Notes: generated by a model from the letters alone, not told the origin. Numbered from the whole stretch's first letter, positions 12,388 to 26,160 are shown. The stretch is 61,743 nucleotides of DNA, filler included, from Nemertoderma westbladi (GCA_032718475.1; 3 parts of 3 records of this genome joined end to end with filler, not necessarily neighbours in it), one strand, 5' to 3'. Numbers and translations: made by a program.

Positions 12388-12802
12388 GGGGCTGGGGAGA
12401 TCCAGTGGCGTAGCGAGGGGGCTGGGGAGATCCAGTGGCGTAGCGAGGGGTGCTGTGGAGATCCAGTGGCGTAGCGAGAGGGGGCTGGGGAGATCCAGTG
12501 GTGTAGCGAGGGGGGCTGGGGAGTTCCAGTGGCTTAGCGAGGGGGGCTTGGGAGATCCAGTGGCGTATGGAGGGGGCTGGGGAGATCCAGTGCCGTAGCG
12601 AGGGGCGCTGGGGAGATCCAGTGGCGTAGGGAGGGGGGCTGGGAGATCCAGTGGCGTAGCGAGGGGGGCTGGGGAGATCCAGTGGCGTAGCGAGGGTGGG
12701 CTGGGGAGATCCAGTGGCGTAACGAGGGTGGGCTGGGGGGATTCTCGGGGGCGCCGGAAGCACGGGGGTAGCAGGGGTAGCTTCCGGCGCCCCTGGAGAT
12801 CC
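12388..12802. repeat. ~31-bp G-rich minisatellite (~11 copies) ending in a 14-bp inverted-repeat mini-element
   Basis: Unit ggggctggggagatccagtggcgtagcgagg. IR GGGGCGCCGGAAGC (12748-12761) / GCTTCCGGCGCCCC (12780-12793). Confidence 0.9.
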
Positions 12803-13630
12803 TTGCTAGTTTTGGGTGCCAAAATCTGTATAACTAAAACTCCTCACTACTAACTAGCATTGTAGTTTATTATCAGAATCGACAGTCTTCTAAACAACAG
12901 ACCTGGCAACTGTATTTGGCTAGAGAAAAAATTTGAAGCCTAGAATGCAGTATATATATTATATATATATATACAGTAGTATATATATTGTTTGCACTGC
13001 TGTACTGTACTAATTTATATTGACTAAAGTGAATAATCACTTAAGAAATTAAAACCCGGACGCTTCAATATATCAGCTGATTCCCGCAATGCCGGCATGT
13101 AGTTACTGTAATATTTGGTTGTACATAATATCTCTGATCACAAAGAAAAAATTTGAATAGATATTCGGGAACTTTGCCATGGTCTGGAACATGCTAGATA
13201 AAGATATTAAACAAAGTATTACTATAAAATCACTAGGAAGAAAATTAAAATATGAAGTAACAGATGAACTTAAGTAAGGCACCTTTTATTTAAATTAATA
13301 TATCAATACCTTACTAAATTATTAATCAATATAAATACTATCAGTCAACATCCGCCAAATTATGCGGTTAATATCGGAGTCAATAATACAATTCCACTTC
13401 GTATCTATATTGATAATATTATGTATAATTGAAATTATGTTTCACAAAGTTAATTCACAAAAAATTATTTCCGGCACACCCTAGCTGGATCTAAACTCTC
13501 CGGGATCTATTCAATTCACCCTAGACGATAACTTTCGAGTACGGACAGTTGTCCTTAATACTGTATTGGGAAAATATTTGGCGAATTAACATAATAGATA
13601 ACATGAGTTGTCCATTCTGTTTAGTGTCTA

Positions 13631-16600
13631 CCCCTAAGTGGCTGGGACGAGGTGGCTGCCCCAAAGTGGCTGGGACGAGGTGGCTGCCCCAAGGTGGCTG
13701 GGACGAGGTGGCTGCCCCAAAGTGGCTGGGACGAGGTGGCTATCCGAGGTGGCTGCCCCAAGGTGAATGGGACGAGGTGGATGCCCCAAAGTGGCTGGGA
13801 CGTAGTTGCTGCCCCAAAGTGGCTGGGACGAGGTGGCTGCCCCAAAGTGGCTGGGACGAGGTGGCTGCCCCAAAGTGTCTGGGATGAGATGGCTGCCACA
13901 AGGTGGCTGGGACGAGGTGGCTGGGACGGACGAGGTGGCTATCCAAGGTGGCTGGGACGAGGTGGCTGCCCCAAACTGGCTGGGACGAGGTGGCTATCCG
14001 AGGTGGCTGCCCCAAGGTGAATGGGACGAGGTGGATGCCCCAAAGTGGCTGGGACGTAGTTGCTGCCCCAAAGTGGCTGGGACGAGGTGGCTGCCCCAAA
14101 TTGGCTGGGACGTGGTTGCTGCCCCAAAGTGGCTGGGACGAGGTGGCTGCACCAAAGTGGCTGGGACGAGGTGGCTGTCCCAAAGTCGCTCTGACGAGGA
14201 GGCTATCCGAGGTGGCTGCTCCAAGGTGGATGGGATGAGGTGGCTGCTCCAAAGTGGCTGGGACGTGGTTGCTGCCCCAAAGTGGCTGGGACGAGGTGGC
14301 TGCCCCAAATTGGCTGGGAGGTGGTTGCTGCCCCAAAGTGGCTGGGACGAGGTGGCTGCACCAAAGTGGCTGGGACGAGGTAGCTGTCCCAAAGTGGCTG
14401 GGACGAGGTGGCTGCCCCAAAGTGGCTGGGACGAGGTGGCTGCCCCAAAGTGGCTGGGACGAGGTGGCTGCCCCAAAGTGTCTGGGACGAGAATGCTGCC
14501 CCAATGTGGCTGGGACGAGGTGGCTATCCGAGGTAGCTGGGACGAGGTGGATGCCCCAAAGTGGCTGGGACGAGGTGGATGCCCCAAAGTGGCTGGGACG
14601 AGGTGGCTGCCCCAAAGTGTCTGGGATGAGATGGCTGCCACAAGGTGGCTGGGACGAGGTGGCTATCCAAGGTGGCTGGGACGAGGTGGATGCCCCAAAG
14701 TGGCTGGGACGTGGTGGCTGCCCCAAAGTGTCTGGGACGAGATGGCTTCCACAAGGTGGCTGGGACGAGGTGGCTATCCGAGGTGGCTGGGACGGACGAA
14801 GTGGCTATCTGAGGTGGCTGGGACGAGGTGGATGCCCCAAAGTGACTGGGACGAGGTGGCTGCCCTAAAGTGTCTGGGACGAGATGGCTGCCACAAGGTG
14901 GCTGGGACGAGGTGGCTATCCGAGGTGGACTGGATGAGGTGGATGCCCCAAAGTGGCTAGGACGAGAGGGCTGCCCCAAGGTGGCTGGGACGAGGTGGAT
15001 GCCCCAAAGTGGCTGGGACGAGGTGGCTGCCCCAAAGTGTCTGGGACGAGATGGCTGCCACAAGGTGGCTGGGACGAGGTGGCTGCCACAAGGAGGCTTG
15101 GACGAGGTGGCTATCCGAGGTGGATGCCCCAAGGTGGCTGGGACGAGGTGGATGCCCCAAAGTGGCTGGGACGGGATGGCTGCCCCACGGTGGCTGGGAC
15201 GAGGTTGCAGCCCCAAAGTGGCAGGGACGAGATCGCTGCCACAAGGAGGCTTGGACGAGGTGGCTATCCGAGGTGGATGCCCCAAGGTGGCTGGGACGAG
15301 GTGGTTATCCGAGCTCGCTGGGACGAGGTGGATGCCCCAAAGTGGCTAGGACGAGATGGCTGCCCCAAGGTGGCTGGGACGAGGTGGATGCCCCAAAGTG
15401 GCTGGGACGGGATGGCTGCCCCACGGTGGCTGGGACGAGGTTGCTGCCCCAAAGTGGCTGGCACGAGATGGCTGCCACAAGGTGGCTGGGACGAGATGGA
15501 TGCCCCAAAGTGGCTGGGACGGGATGGCTGCCCCACGGTGGCTGGGACGAGGTTGCTGCCCCAAAGTGGCTGGGACGAGATGGCTGCCACAAGGTGGCTG
15601 GGACGAGGTGGCTGGGACGAGGTGGATGCCCCAAGGTGGCTGGGACGAGGTGGCTATCCGAGGTGGCTGGGACGAGGTGGATGACCCAAAGTGGCTAGGA
15701 CGAGATGGCTGCCCCAAGGTGGCTGGGACGAGGTGGATGCCCCAAAGTGGCTGGGACGGGATGGCTGCCCCACTGTGGCTGGGACGAGGATGCTGCCCCA
15801 AAGTGGCTGGGACGAGGATGCTGCCCCAAAGTGGCTGGGACGAGATGGCTGCCACAAGGTGGCTGGGACGAGGTGGCTATCCGAGGTGGCTGGGACGAGG
15901 TGGATGCCCCAAAGTGGCTGGGACGGGATGGCTGCCCCACGGCGGCTGGGACGAGGTTGCTGCCCCAAAGAGGCTGGGACGAGATGGCTGCCACAAGGTG
16001 GCTGGGACGAGGTGGGTATCCGCGTTGGCTGGGACGAGGTGGCCCCAAAGTGGCTGGGACGAGGTGGCTTGGCTATCCAAGGTGGCTGGGATGAGGTGGA
16101 TGCCCCAAACTGGCTGGGACGAGGTGGCTATCCGAGGTGGCTGCCCCAAGGTGAATGGGACGAGGTGGATGCCCCAAAGTGGCTGGGACGTAGTTGCTGC
16201 CCCAAAGTGGCTGGGACGAGGTGGCTGCCCCAAATTGGCTGGGACGTGGTTGCTGCCCCAAAGTGGCTGGGACGAGGTGGCTGCACCAAAGTGGCTGGGA
16301 CGAGGTGGCTGTCCCAAAGTCGCTCTGACGAGGAGGCTATCCGAGGTGGCTGCTCCAAGGTGGATGGGATGAGGTGGCTGCTCCAAAGTGGCTGGGACGT
16401 GGTTGCTGCCCCAAAGTGGCTGGGACGAGGTGGCTGCCCCAAATTGGCTGGGAGGTGGTTGCTGCCCCAAAGTGGCTGGGACGAGGTGGCTGCACCAAAG
16501 TGGCTGGGACGAGGTAGCTGTCCCAAAGTGGCTGGGACGAGGTGGCTGCCCCAAAGTGGCTGGGACGAGGTGGCTGCCCCAAAGTGGCTGGGACGAGGTG

Positions 16601-19600
16601 GCTGCCCCAAAGTGTCTGGGACGAGAATGCTGCCCCAATATGGCTGGGACGAGGTGGCTATCCGAGGTAGCTGGGACGAGGTGGATGCCCCAAAGTGGCT
16701 GGGACGAGGTGGATGCCCCAAAGTGGCTGGGACGAGGTGGCTGCCCCAAAGTGTCTGGGATGAGATGGCTGCCACAAGGTGGCTGGGACGAGGTGGCTAT
16801 CCAAGGTGGCTGGGACGAGGTGGATGCCCCAAAGTGGCTGGGACGTGGTGGCTGCCCCAAAGTGTCTGGGACGAGATGGCTTCCACAAGGTGGCTGGGAC
16901 GAGGTGGCTATCCGAGGTGGCTGGGACGGACGAAGTGGCTATCTGAGGTGGCTGGGACGAGGTGGATGCCCCAAAGTGACTGGGACGAGGTGGCTGCCCT
17001 AAAGTGTCTGGGACGAGATGGCTGCCACAAGGTGGCTGGGACGAGGTGGCTATCCGAGGTGGACTGGATGAGGTGGATGCCCCAAAGTGGCTAGGACGAG
17101 AGGGCTGCCCCAAGGTGGCTGGGACGAGGTGGATGCCCCAAAGTGGCTGGGACGAGGTGGCTGCCCCAAAGTGTCTGGGACGAGATGGCTGCCACAAGGT
17201 GGCTGGGACGAGGTGGCTGCCACAAGGAGGCTTGGACGAGGTGGCTATCCGAGGTGGATGCCCCAAGGTGGCTGGGACGAGGTGGATGCCCCAAAGTGGC
17301 TGGGACGGGATGGCTGCCCCACGGTGGCTGGGACGAGGTTGCAGCCCCAAAGTGGCAGGGACGAGATCGCTGCCACAAGGAGGCTTGGACGAGGTGGCTA
17401 TCCGAGGTGGATGCCCCAAGGTGGCTGGGACGAGGTGGTTATCCGAGCTCGCTGGGACGAGGTGGATGCCCCAAAGTGGCTAGGACGAGATGGCTGCCCC
17501 AAGGTGGCTGGGACGAGGTGGATGCCCCAAAGTGGCTGGGACGGGATGGCTGCCCCACGGTGGCTGGGACGAGGTTGCTGCCCCAAAGTGGCTGGCACGA
17601 GATGGCTGCCACAAGGTGGCTGGGACGAGATGGATGCCCCAAAGTGGCTGGGACGGGATGGCTGCCCCACGGTGGCTGGGACGAGGTTGCTGCCCCAAAG
17701 TGGCTGGGACGAGATGGCTGCCACAAGGTGGCTGGGACGAGGTGGCTGGGACGAGGTGGATGCCCCAAGGTGGCTGGGACGAGGTGGCTATCCGAGGTGG
17801 CTGGGACGAGGTGGATGACCCAAAGTGGCTAGGACGAGATGGCTGCCCCAAGGTGGCTGGGACGAGGTGGATGCCCCAAAGTGGCTGGGACGGGATGGCT
17901 GCCCCACTGTGGCTGGGACGAGGATGCTGCCCCAAAGTGGCTGGGACGAGGATGCTGCCCCAAAGTGGCTGGGACGAGATGGCTGCCACAAGGTGGCTGG
18001 GACGAGGTGGCTATCCGAGGTGGCTGGGACGAGGTGGATGCCCCAAAGTGGCTGGGACGGGATGGCTGCCCCACGGCGGCTGGGACGAGGTTGCTGCCCC
18101 AAAGAGGCTGGGACGAGATGGCTGCCACAAGGTGGCTGGGACGAGGTGGGTATCCGCGTTGGCTGGGACGAGGTGGCCCCAAAGTGGCTGGGACGAGGTG
18201 GCTTGGCTATCCAAGGTGGCTGGGATGAGGTGGATGCCCCAAAGTGGCTGGGACGATGTGGCTGCCCCAAAGTGGCTGGGACGAGGTGGCTGCCCCAAAG
18301 TGTCTGGGACGAGATGGCTGCCCCAAGGTGGCTGGGACGAGGTGGATGCCCCAAAGTGACTGGGACGAGATGGCTGCCCCACGGTGGCTGGCACGAGGTT
18401 GCTGCCCCAAAAGCTAGGACGAGATGGCTGCCACGAGGTGGCTGGGACGAGGTGGCTAACCGAGGTGGCTGGGACGAGGTGGATGTCCCAAAGTGGCTGG
18501 AACGAGGTGGCTTGGCTATCTGAGGTGACTGGGACGAGGTGGATGCCAAAAGGTGGCTGGGATGAGGTTGGTACCCCAAGGTGGCTGGGACGAGGTGGGT
18601 GCCCCAAAGTGGCTGGTACGAGATGGCTGCCCCAAGGTGGCTGGGACGAGGTGGATGACCCAAAGTGGCTGGGACGAGGTGTCTGCCCCAAGGTGGCTGG
18701 GACGAGGTGGCTGCACCAGGTGGTTGCCCGAAGGTGGCTGTGACGAGGTGGCTGCCCCAAGGTGGCTGGGACGAGGTGGCTGCCCCAAAGTGGCTGGGAC
18801 GAGGTGGCTGCCCCAAGGTGGCTGGGACGAGGTGGCTATCCGAAGTGGCTGGGATGAGGTGGATGCCCCAAAGTGGCTGGGACGAGGTGGCTATCCGAGG
18901 TGACTGGGACGAGGTGGATGCCCCAAAGTGGCTGGGACGGGATGGCTGCCCCACGGTGGCTGGGACGAGGATGCTGCCCCAAAGTGGCCTGGACGAGGAT
19001 GCTGCCCCACAAAGTGGCTGGGACGAGATGGCTGCCACAAGGTTGCTGGGACGAGGTGGCTATCCGAGGTGGCTGGGACGAGGTGGATTTCCCAAAGTGG
19101 CTGGGACGAGGTGGCTTGGCTATCCGAGGTGGCTGGGCCGAGGTGGATGCCCCAAAGTGGCTGGCGCGAGGTGGTTGCCCCAAAGTGTCTGGGACGAGAT
19201 AGTTGCCACAAGGTGGCTGGGACGAGGTGGCTATTCGAGGTGGCTGGGACGATGTGGATGCCCCAAAGTGGCTAGGACGAGATGGCTGCCCCAAGGTGGC
19301 TGGGACGAGGTGGATGCCCCAAAGTGGCTGGGACGGGATGGCTGCCCCACGGTGGCTGGGACGAGGTTGCAGCCCCAAAGTGGCAGGGACGAGATGGCTG
19401 CCACAAGGAGGCTTGGACGAGGTGGCTATCCGAGGTGGCTGGGACGAGGTGGCTATCCGAGGTGGCTGGGACGAGGTGGATGCCCCAAAGTGGCGAGGAC
19501 GAGATGGCTGCCCCAAGGTGGCTGGGACGAGGTGGATGCCCCAAAGTGGCTGGGACGGGATGGCTGCCCCACGGTGGCTGGGACAAGGTTGCTGCCCCAA

Positions 19601-21706
19601 AGTGGCTGGCACGAGATGGCTGCCACAAGGTGGCTGGGACGAGGTGGATGCCCCAAAGTGGCTGGGACGGGATGGCTGCCCCACGGTGGCTGGGACGAGG
19701 TTGCTGCCCCAAAGTGGCTGGGACGAGATGGCTGCCACATGGTGGCTGGGACGAGGTGGCTATCCGAGGTGGCTGGGACGAGGTGGATGCCCCAAGGTGG
19801 CTGGGACGAGGTGGCTATCCGAGGTGGCTGGGGACGAGGTGGATGCCCCAAAGTGGCTAGGACGAGATGGCTGCCCCAAGGTGGCTGGGACGTGGTGGAT
19901 GCCCCAAAGTGGCTGGGACGGGATGGCTGCCCCACGGTGGCTGGGACGAGGTTTGCTGCCCCAAAGTGGCTGGCACGAGATGGCTGCCACTATGTGGCTG
20001 GGACGAGGTGGCTATCCGAGGTGACTGGGACGAGGTGGATGCCCCAAAGTGGCTGGGACGGGATGGCTGCCCCACGGTGGCTGGGACGAGGATGCTGCCC
20101 CAAAGTGGCTGGGACGAGGATGCTGCCCCAAAGTGGCTGGGACGAGATGGCTGCCACAAGATGGCTGGGACGAGGTGGCTATCCGAGGTGGCTGGGACGA
20201 GGTGGATGCCCCAAAGTGGCTGGGACGGGATGGCTGCCCCACGGCGGCTGGGACGAGGTTGCTGCCCCAAAGAGGCTGGGATGAGATGGCTGCCACAAGG
20301 TGGCTGGGACGAGGTGGGTATCCGCGTTGGCTGGGACGAGGTGGCCCCAAAGTGGCTGGGACGAGGTGGCTTGGCTATCAGAGGTGGCTGGGACGAGGTG
20401 GAATCCCAAAGTGGCTGGGACGAGGTGGCTGCCGCAAAGTGGCTGGGACGAGGTGGCTGCCCCAAAGTGTCTGGGATGAGATGGCTGCCCCAAGGTGGCT
20501 GGGACGAGGTGGATGCCCCAAAGTGGCTGGGACGAGATGGCTGCCCCACTGTGGCTGGCACGAGGTTGCTGCCCCAAAAGCTGGGACGAGATGGCTGCCA
20601 CAAGGTGGCTGGGACGAGGTGGCTATCCGAGGTGGCTGGGCCGAGGTGGATGCCCCAAAGTGGCTGGGACGAGGTGGCTGGGACGAGGTGGATGCCCCAA
20701 AGTGGCTGGGACGGGATGGATGCCCCACGGTGGCTGGGACGAGGATGCTGCCCCAAAGTGGCTGGGACGAGGATGCTGCCCCAAAGTGGCTGGGACGAGA
20801 TGGCTGCCACAAGATGGCTGGGACGAGGTGGCTATCCGAGGTGGCTGGGACGAGGTGGATGCCCCAAAGTGGCTGGGACGGGATGGCTGCCCCACGGCGG
20901 CTGGGACGAGGTTGCTGCCCCAAAGAGGCTGGGACAAGATAGCTGCCACAAGGTGGCTGGGACGAGGTGGGTATCCGCGTTGGCTGGGACGAGGTGGCCC
21001 CAAAGTGGCTGGGACGAGGTGGCTTGGCTATCCGAGGTGGCTGGGACGAGGTGGAATCCCAAAGTGGCTGGGACGAGGTGGCTGCCGCAAAGTGGCTGGG
21101 ACGAGGTGGCTGCCCCAAAGTGTCTGGGACGAGATGGCTGCCCCAAGGTGGCTGGGACGAGGTGGATGCCCCAAAGTGGCTGGGACGAGATGGCTGCCCC
21201 ACGTTGGCTGGCACGAGGTTGCTGCCCCAAAAGCTGGGACGAGATGGCTGCCACAAGGTGGCTGGGACGAGGTGGCTGGGCCGAGGTGGATGCCCCAAAG
21301 TGGCTGGGACGAGGTGGCTATCCGAGGTGGCTGGGACCGAGGTGGATGCCCCAAAGTGGCTGGGACGGGATGGCTGCCCCACGGCGGCTGGGACGAGGTT
21401 GCTGCCCCAAAGAGGCTGGGACGAGATGGCTGCCACAAGGTGGCTGGGACGAGGTGGGTATCCGCGTTGGCTGGGACGAGGTGGCCCCAAAGTGGCTTGG
21501 ACGAGGTGGCTTGGCTATCCGAGGTGGCTGGGACGAGATGGAATTCCAAAGTGGCTGGGACGAGGTGGACTGCCCCAAAGTGGCTGGGACGAGGTGGCTG
21601 CCCCAAAGTGGCTGGGACGGGATGGCTGCCCCACGGTGGCTGGGACGAGGTGGGTGCCCCAAAGTGGCTGGTACGAGATGGCTGCCCCAATGTGGCTGGG
21701 ACGAGG
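13631..21706. repeat. >=8-kb G-rich satellite, ~28-bp core unit CCCCAAAGTGGCTGGGACGAGGTGGCTG, with higher-order repeats
   Basis: A continuous array of variant units. Identical translated blocks recur at a 2134-bp offset (e.g. ORFs 14524/16658, 14870/17004) and near-identical blocks at a 653-bp offset (20179/20832). The array runs into the gap. Confidence 0.97.
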
Positions 21707-21806
21707 NNNNNNNNNNNNNNNNNNNNNNNNNNNNNNNNNNNNNNNNNNNNTTAATTAATTAANNNNNNNNNNNNNNNNNNNNNNNNNNNNNNNNNNNNNN
21801 NNNNNN
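21707..21806. other. Artificial contig-joining spacer (N44-TTAATTAATTAA-N44)
   Basis: Exactly 100 bp; the central 12-mer gives stops in all six frames; identical design at 48324. Confidence 0.97.
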
Positions 21807-22075
21807 TACAACAACGAGTAAAACTGAGCAACAATGAGCAACAACGAGCAATAATAAAGTACAATAACGAGTAACAATGAGCAACAATTTATTATTGCTC
21901 GCTGTTGCTCGTTTTTGGTCATTATTACTCGTTGTTGCTCATTGTTGCTCGTTGTTGCTCATGGTCACTCGTTGTTGTACTTTTATTGTTGCTAGTTGTT
22001 GGTCAATGGTGCTCGTTGTTGTTCATTGTTGCTCATTGTTGCTCCTTGTTGTACTTTTTATTATTGCTATTTTTA
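21807..22075. repeat. Low-complexity (ACAACGAGC-like) array followed by its inverted copy
   Basis: acaacgagcaacaatgagc units switch to gctcgttgttgctcattgt around 21890. Confidence 0.8.
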
Positions 22076-23329
22076 GTGATTGATCATATAAGTTGTCACT
22101 TTTTGAATTCTTAAAATATTATATATATTAGATATATATATTATATATATATACATAAACATTCGTGAGTGTTCCTGCTATGCGGCAGGTACCCCAAGGC
22201 ACTCGATAGCACTCACATGAGTTACAAACGAACTCACTTTGCAGCGGATGTGGGGTTAGCATCCCGTAAAAGCCTTGACAGCGAAATTTCAGTTTCCATT
22301 CACTGCCCCCAGGACAGTGAAATTCCCCCCCCCCCCCCCCCCGTACAATTAATTATACATTAACATATTGAACATCGATGTGCGCTGTGGTAGTAGGCTA
22401 TAATAAAACTGTACACTTTATTATACTTACTTCACTCAGCGGTTTCCGTGTAAGTAAACTACTTCAATTACGTGTAGAACTAGTAGTGTTATTTGCACAT
22501 GTTTTTATTTTGCTTAATATTGAGAACTGAATGCTTTATCGACGAATTGTTAAGGGATTTGAAACATTACATTGTCCACGACATGTAAATTATCCGAATA
22601 TGTTAAGTTGTGAAACCTGCGTTCCCCGCGGGAGGCGTAATTCGTGGGCTGGCGGCACTTAATAATTTAGTCAGCGTTTGTATGGTATGTTACGGACGCT
22701 ATTATCAAAATTGTTCTACACTTTCGGTTTTTATTAAAGTAACTAAGTAATCTAAGTAACCTGGTATTTTATTTTTTTACTGTACATAAGCCCTGCATTT
22801 TGCATTGTTGTTTATTATTATAAACTTGTAACATAGTGTTACTACCCCCAAATATCGTAAGTACGTTCTATTATCTATGTAGGGAAATAATTAATTATTA
22901 CAAATTAATAAGTAATTAAAAAGGACTAAGGACGATCCAACTCTATTAGTGGGGTCGCTTAAGGCTAAAATATAGCAAAATCGTTAACCCTATTAAACCC
23001 TGGGGGGGGGGGGGGGGGGGGGGGTCAATATGACCCCCCCCCCCGTGGTTTTTTTATTATAATTCTGAAACAAACGCAGTTGGGAATCTGAAATTTTATG
23101 ACTTTTCCTAAAAATCTATTGCCTTCCTAGTAGTGAAAACCGTTTTCAAAAATATTGGGTACTTTTCGAGTTATAGCACCATTTTTTAACCCTACTTTTG
23201 GCACTTTTTTTGAGACGTTTTTTGAAAATTACATTTCATTAAATATGAATTGTAACATTTCTATTTTTGATTTACACCGGTTTTTTGGTGTTAGCAATTG
23301 GATGGAATTCATATAAATTGATTTAGAAA

Positions 23330-24060
23330 TTTCAAACTTGTTTTTTTCGGTGGGTGCCAAATTTTGGTGCCAGCACCAAATTTTGAAATAAGTCAATTTT
23401 GTAAATTGATTGTTTGAAACTTGTTTTTTACGCAATTGGGGTTTTTTGGGGTTCTGGATTCGATGAAATATATAGGAGTTGCACCAAGCGTATCAAACTT
23501 GTATTTTTCGGTGCTGTGTGCAAATTTTGGTGCTAGCACGAAATTTTGAAAATCCATTCAATAGATAAAATTGCTTGTGACAATTTATTTCTTGCGTTTT
23601 AGAGGTTTATGGCTGTTCTGAATTCAATGGAAAATATAATTATCGAACTAGACATCTCAAACTTGTATTTTTCGAATGTGGGTGCAAAATGTGGTGCTAG
23701 CACCAAATTTTGAAAACCATCAAATATATCAATTGATTGTGTCACCTTGTTTCTTGCGTTATACGGGTTTGTGATGGTTCTGAAATCAATGGAATCAGTA
23801 AAAATTTCATAAGAGTTCTCAAACTTGTATTTTTCGCCGGTGGGTGAAAATTGTTGTGCCAGCACCAAATTTTGGAAAATATGCAAATTGATAAGTAGAT
23901 AGTATCACCTTGTTTCTTGCGTTATACGGGTTTATGAGGGTCCTGAATCCGATGGAATCAATAAAACCAGCACTGGACATCGCAAACTTGTACTTTTTGG
24001 TGATGGGTACGAAATTTGGTGCTAGCACCAAAATTTGTCAAATTACGCCGAAAAATACAA
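23330..24060. repeat. ~162-bp degenerate tandem subterminal repeat, ~5 copies
   Basis: caaacttgt(a)tttttcg...aaattttggtg(c/t)tagcaccaaattttg recurs at ~23333, 23494, 23658, 23820 and 23983. Confidence 0.85.
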
Positions 24061-24685
24061 GTAGCAATGATCTGGCATATTAGAAATGTATTCCATTAGA
24101 ATCAGCGCCCTCGAAAACCTGAAAATGTGAATTTATAGCATCGTATAAGTGAATTAAAAATTTTGTGTTCTAACTGAAAAGTGCTGGTTACTTGTTTTTT
24201 TCATTTTTTTCCTACGCAGAGAGGACTAAACAGCCATTTATAGTAATCATATCATTTTTAAATATTTTCCAATGTATTTTGCACCCACACATTATGGCAT
24301 TGGGTGTGTTAGTTTGCATGATAGCACGAATAACAGCTATTCTCCGTGTGTTTACTGTAGCAAACCAAAACCCCATTGCACACTAATTTCAGTCGCATTA
24401 CAATAGTCGATATACCACGACGAATAGCCCTCAGAGAGACCGGCCTCGAGCTTTTCCAGCATGTTAGCGGCTTGTCTTCCACCCGTTCTTCCACACCTGT
24501 TAGATAGGGATTAGGCATTGTGGCGCTAACGTGGCCAGGGGCAGCTTGGGTCCATGTTGGGCTGGGGATAAAGGGCGGCTTGCCACTGCCGGCCCTATAT
24601 GAACTCAAATAACTATAATAATTATCGACTCATTGGTTCACTTCTGCTGGATTATTAATATATTTACTCATTTACAATAACAATA

Positions 24686-26160
24686 ATGGATACTTCTAAA
24701 GACGATTCAAAGGACAATCTCGATACGCAGCAACAACAACAACTTTCAGAGGAATATCGCCGAGGTATGAGAGAGATGATGGATGATTTATTGACACCCG
24801 GAGCACCACAACAGCATACAAAGCTGCTAATGTCCCCCGTAGAGATATCAGAACAACTTCATTATCGCGCCTTCATGAACAGATGCACCAATATTGATGG
24901 ATCATACAAGCCATTTGTTATATCCGCACATCCACGTGACCTCATATACTCCGAAGATGTTCATGAGCGACAAGATTTGGAAATGTGGCGCTATCACGTA
25001 CGAAAGCAACGAGAGAATACCGCCCAGATGGATAAGGAAGATGCGATTCGGGACGCCATGTCAACAAACAATGCGGAAGCTAATGACAATGCAGCTAGTT
25101 TTGAGGATTTAATTACTTTCCTCAGAGAAACGTATTTGAACCTGGCGGCATCTCAAAATCTGCAAACTCATTACCCCAAACCATCCACCCTGATCCAATA
25201 GGGGAACTTATGCGTTTGTACCATACGATGATGTACCTCACTGTGGCTAGACCTTTACCCGTGATGCCGGATTGTTTCGACGCCATGGAAGAGTATTGTA
25301 AAACTGGTTCCCGATCTCCGCACGTAAGTCGTCAGGACTTTAAATTATGGTATTACTGTGACAAACTGCCCACACCCTAACCAACAAGTAAACCCCCGTG
25401 AACGTTGCTCTAAACATAGTTACACGCATTTCACGTATGAAGGATACAAGCACGATTTATTCGGCATGGATGAAAGAGCCTTAAAGAAATTGCGTAAAAT
25501 GGAGCGTTTACCCATTGACATCCTATGATTCTCAGTGTGACCCCCGGCTCCAAAAGTTCAACCGTCTCCAGTTCTTCCCCAGGATTTTGGCCCTTTAAAT
25601 GAAGATTACTATGAGTACCGAGACATGCTTCTACCGGAACACCTGATCCCTCAAGAAGAACCGGTGATAACCCCCTTAGTCCCACTCGGACTCAGAAGAG
25701 GAGTTGGGATATCCTGAGCCGTGACGCCAGGTGAACTGTTGACACCAGGTGTAATCATACCCCCCCCCCCCCCCCCCCCCGCGATGAAACCACTCAACTG
25801 ATAATGTCGTCTAGCTTAGCCGGTATCCATGCGCATTTATTCACGACTCCATCCGGTACCTTGTTAACAGAACTCGCTTTGTTGGAGGCCATGGTCAACA
25901 CTGGGTTCCAACAAAAAAATTAATACATTGAGAGCTTGTATCGCCGAAGGGGACCTACAATCCTTCTCAGATTTTCTCTCCGATCTCCGAGCTGAGGCTA
26001 GAGAGAAAGAATGACGCAGGGAAGAAGCGACAGCGTTGGAGGATGCCGACCTCACCGTCTACCACCAACCTTATGTCGAATCGTTGCTGGAGGGTTTTCA
26101 ACCTAAACGTTACATTCACCCTTCCATGCAGCACAAGGTCTTCGGCATCAAGCAACCGTG
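24686..26160 (+). pseudogene. ORF-X copy 1, N-terminal part (unknown protein; frameshifted and interrupted by Merlin)
   Basis: ORF 24686-25201 and its frameshifted continuation (ELMRLYHTMMYLTVARPLPVMPDCFDAMEEYCKT, LWYYCD, DMLLPEHL) align by eye with 39803-38727 on the minus strand. Confidence 0.7.

Noticed and set aside
21751-21762. TTAATTAATTAA palindrome inside N runs (also 48368-48379)
   Set aside because: It is an artificial six-frame-stop linker used to join contigs.
13549-21762. Dozens of long ORFs (WLGRGGCPKVAGTR-type)
   Set aside because: They are by-products of a stop-poor satellite, open in many frames on both strands.
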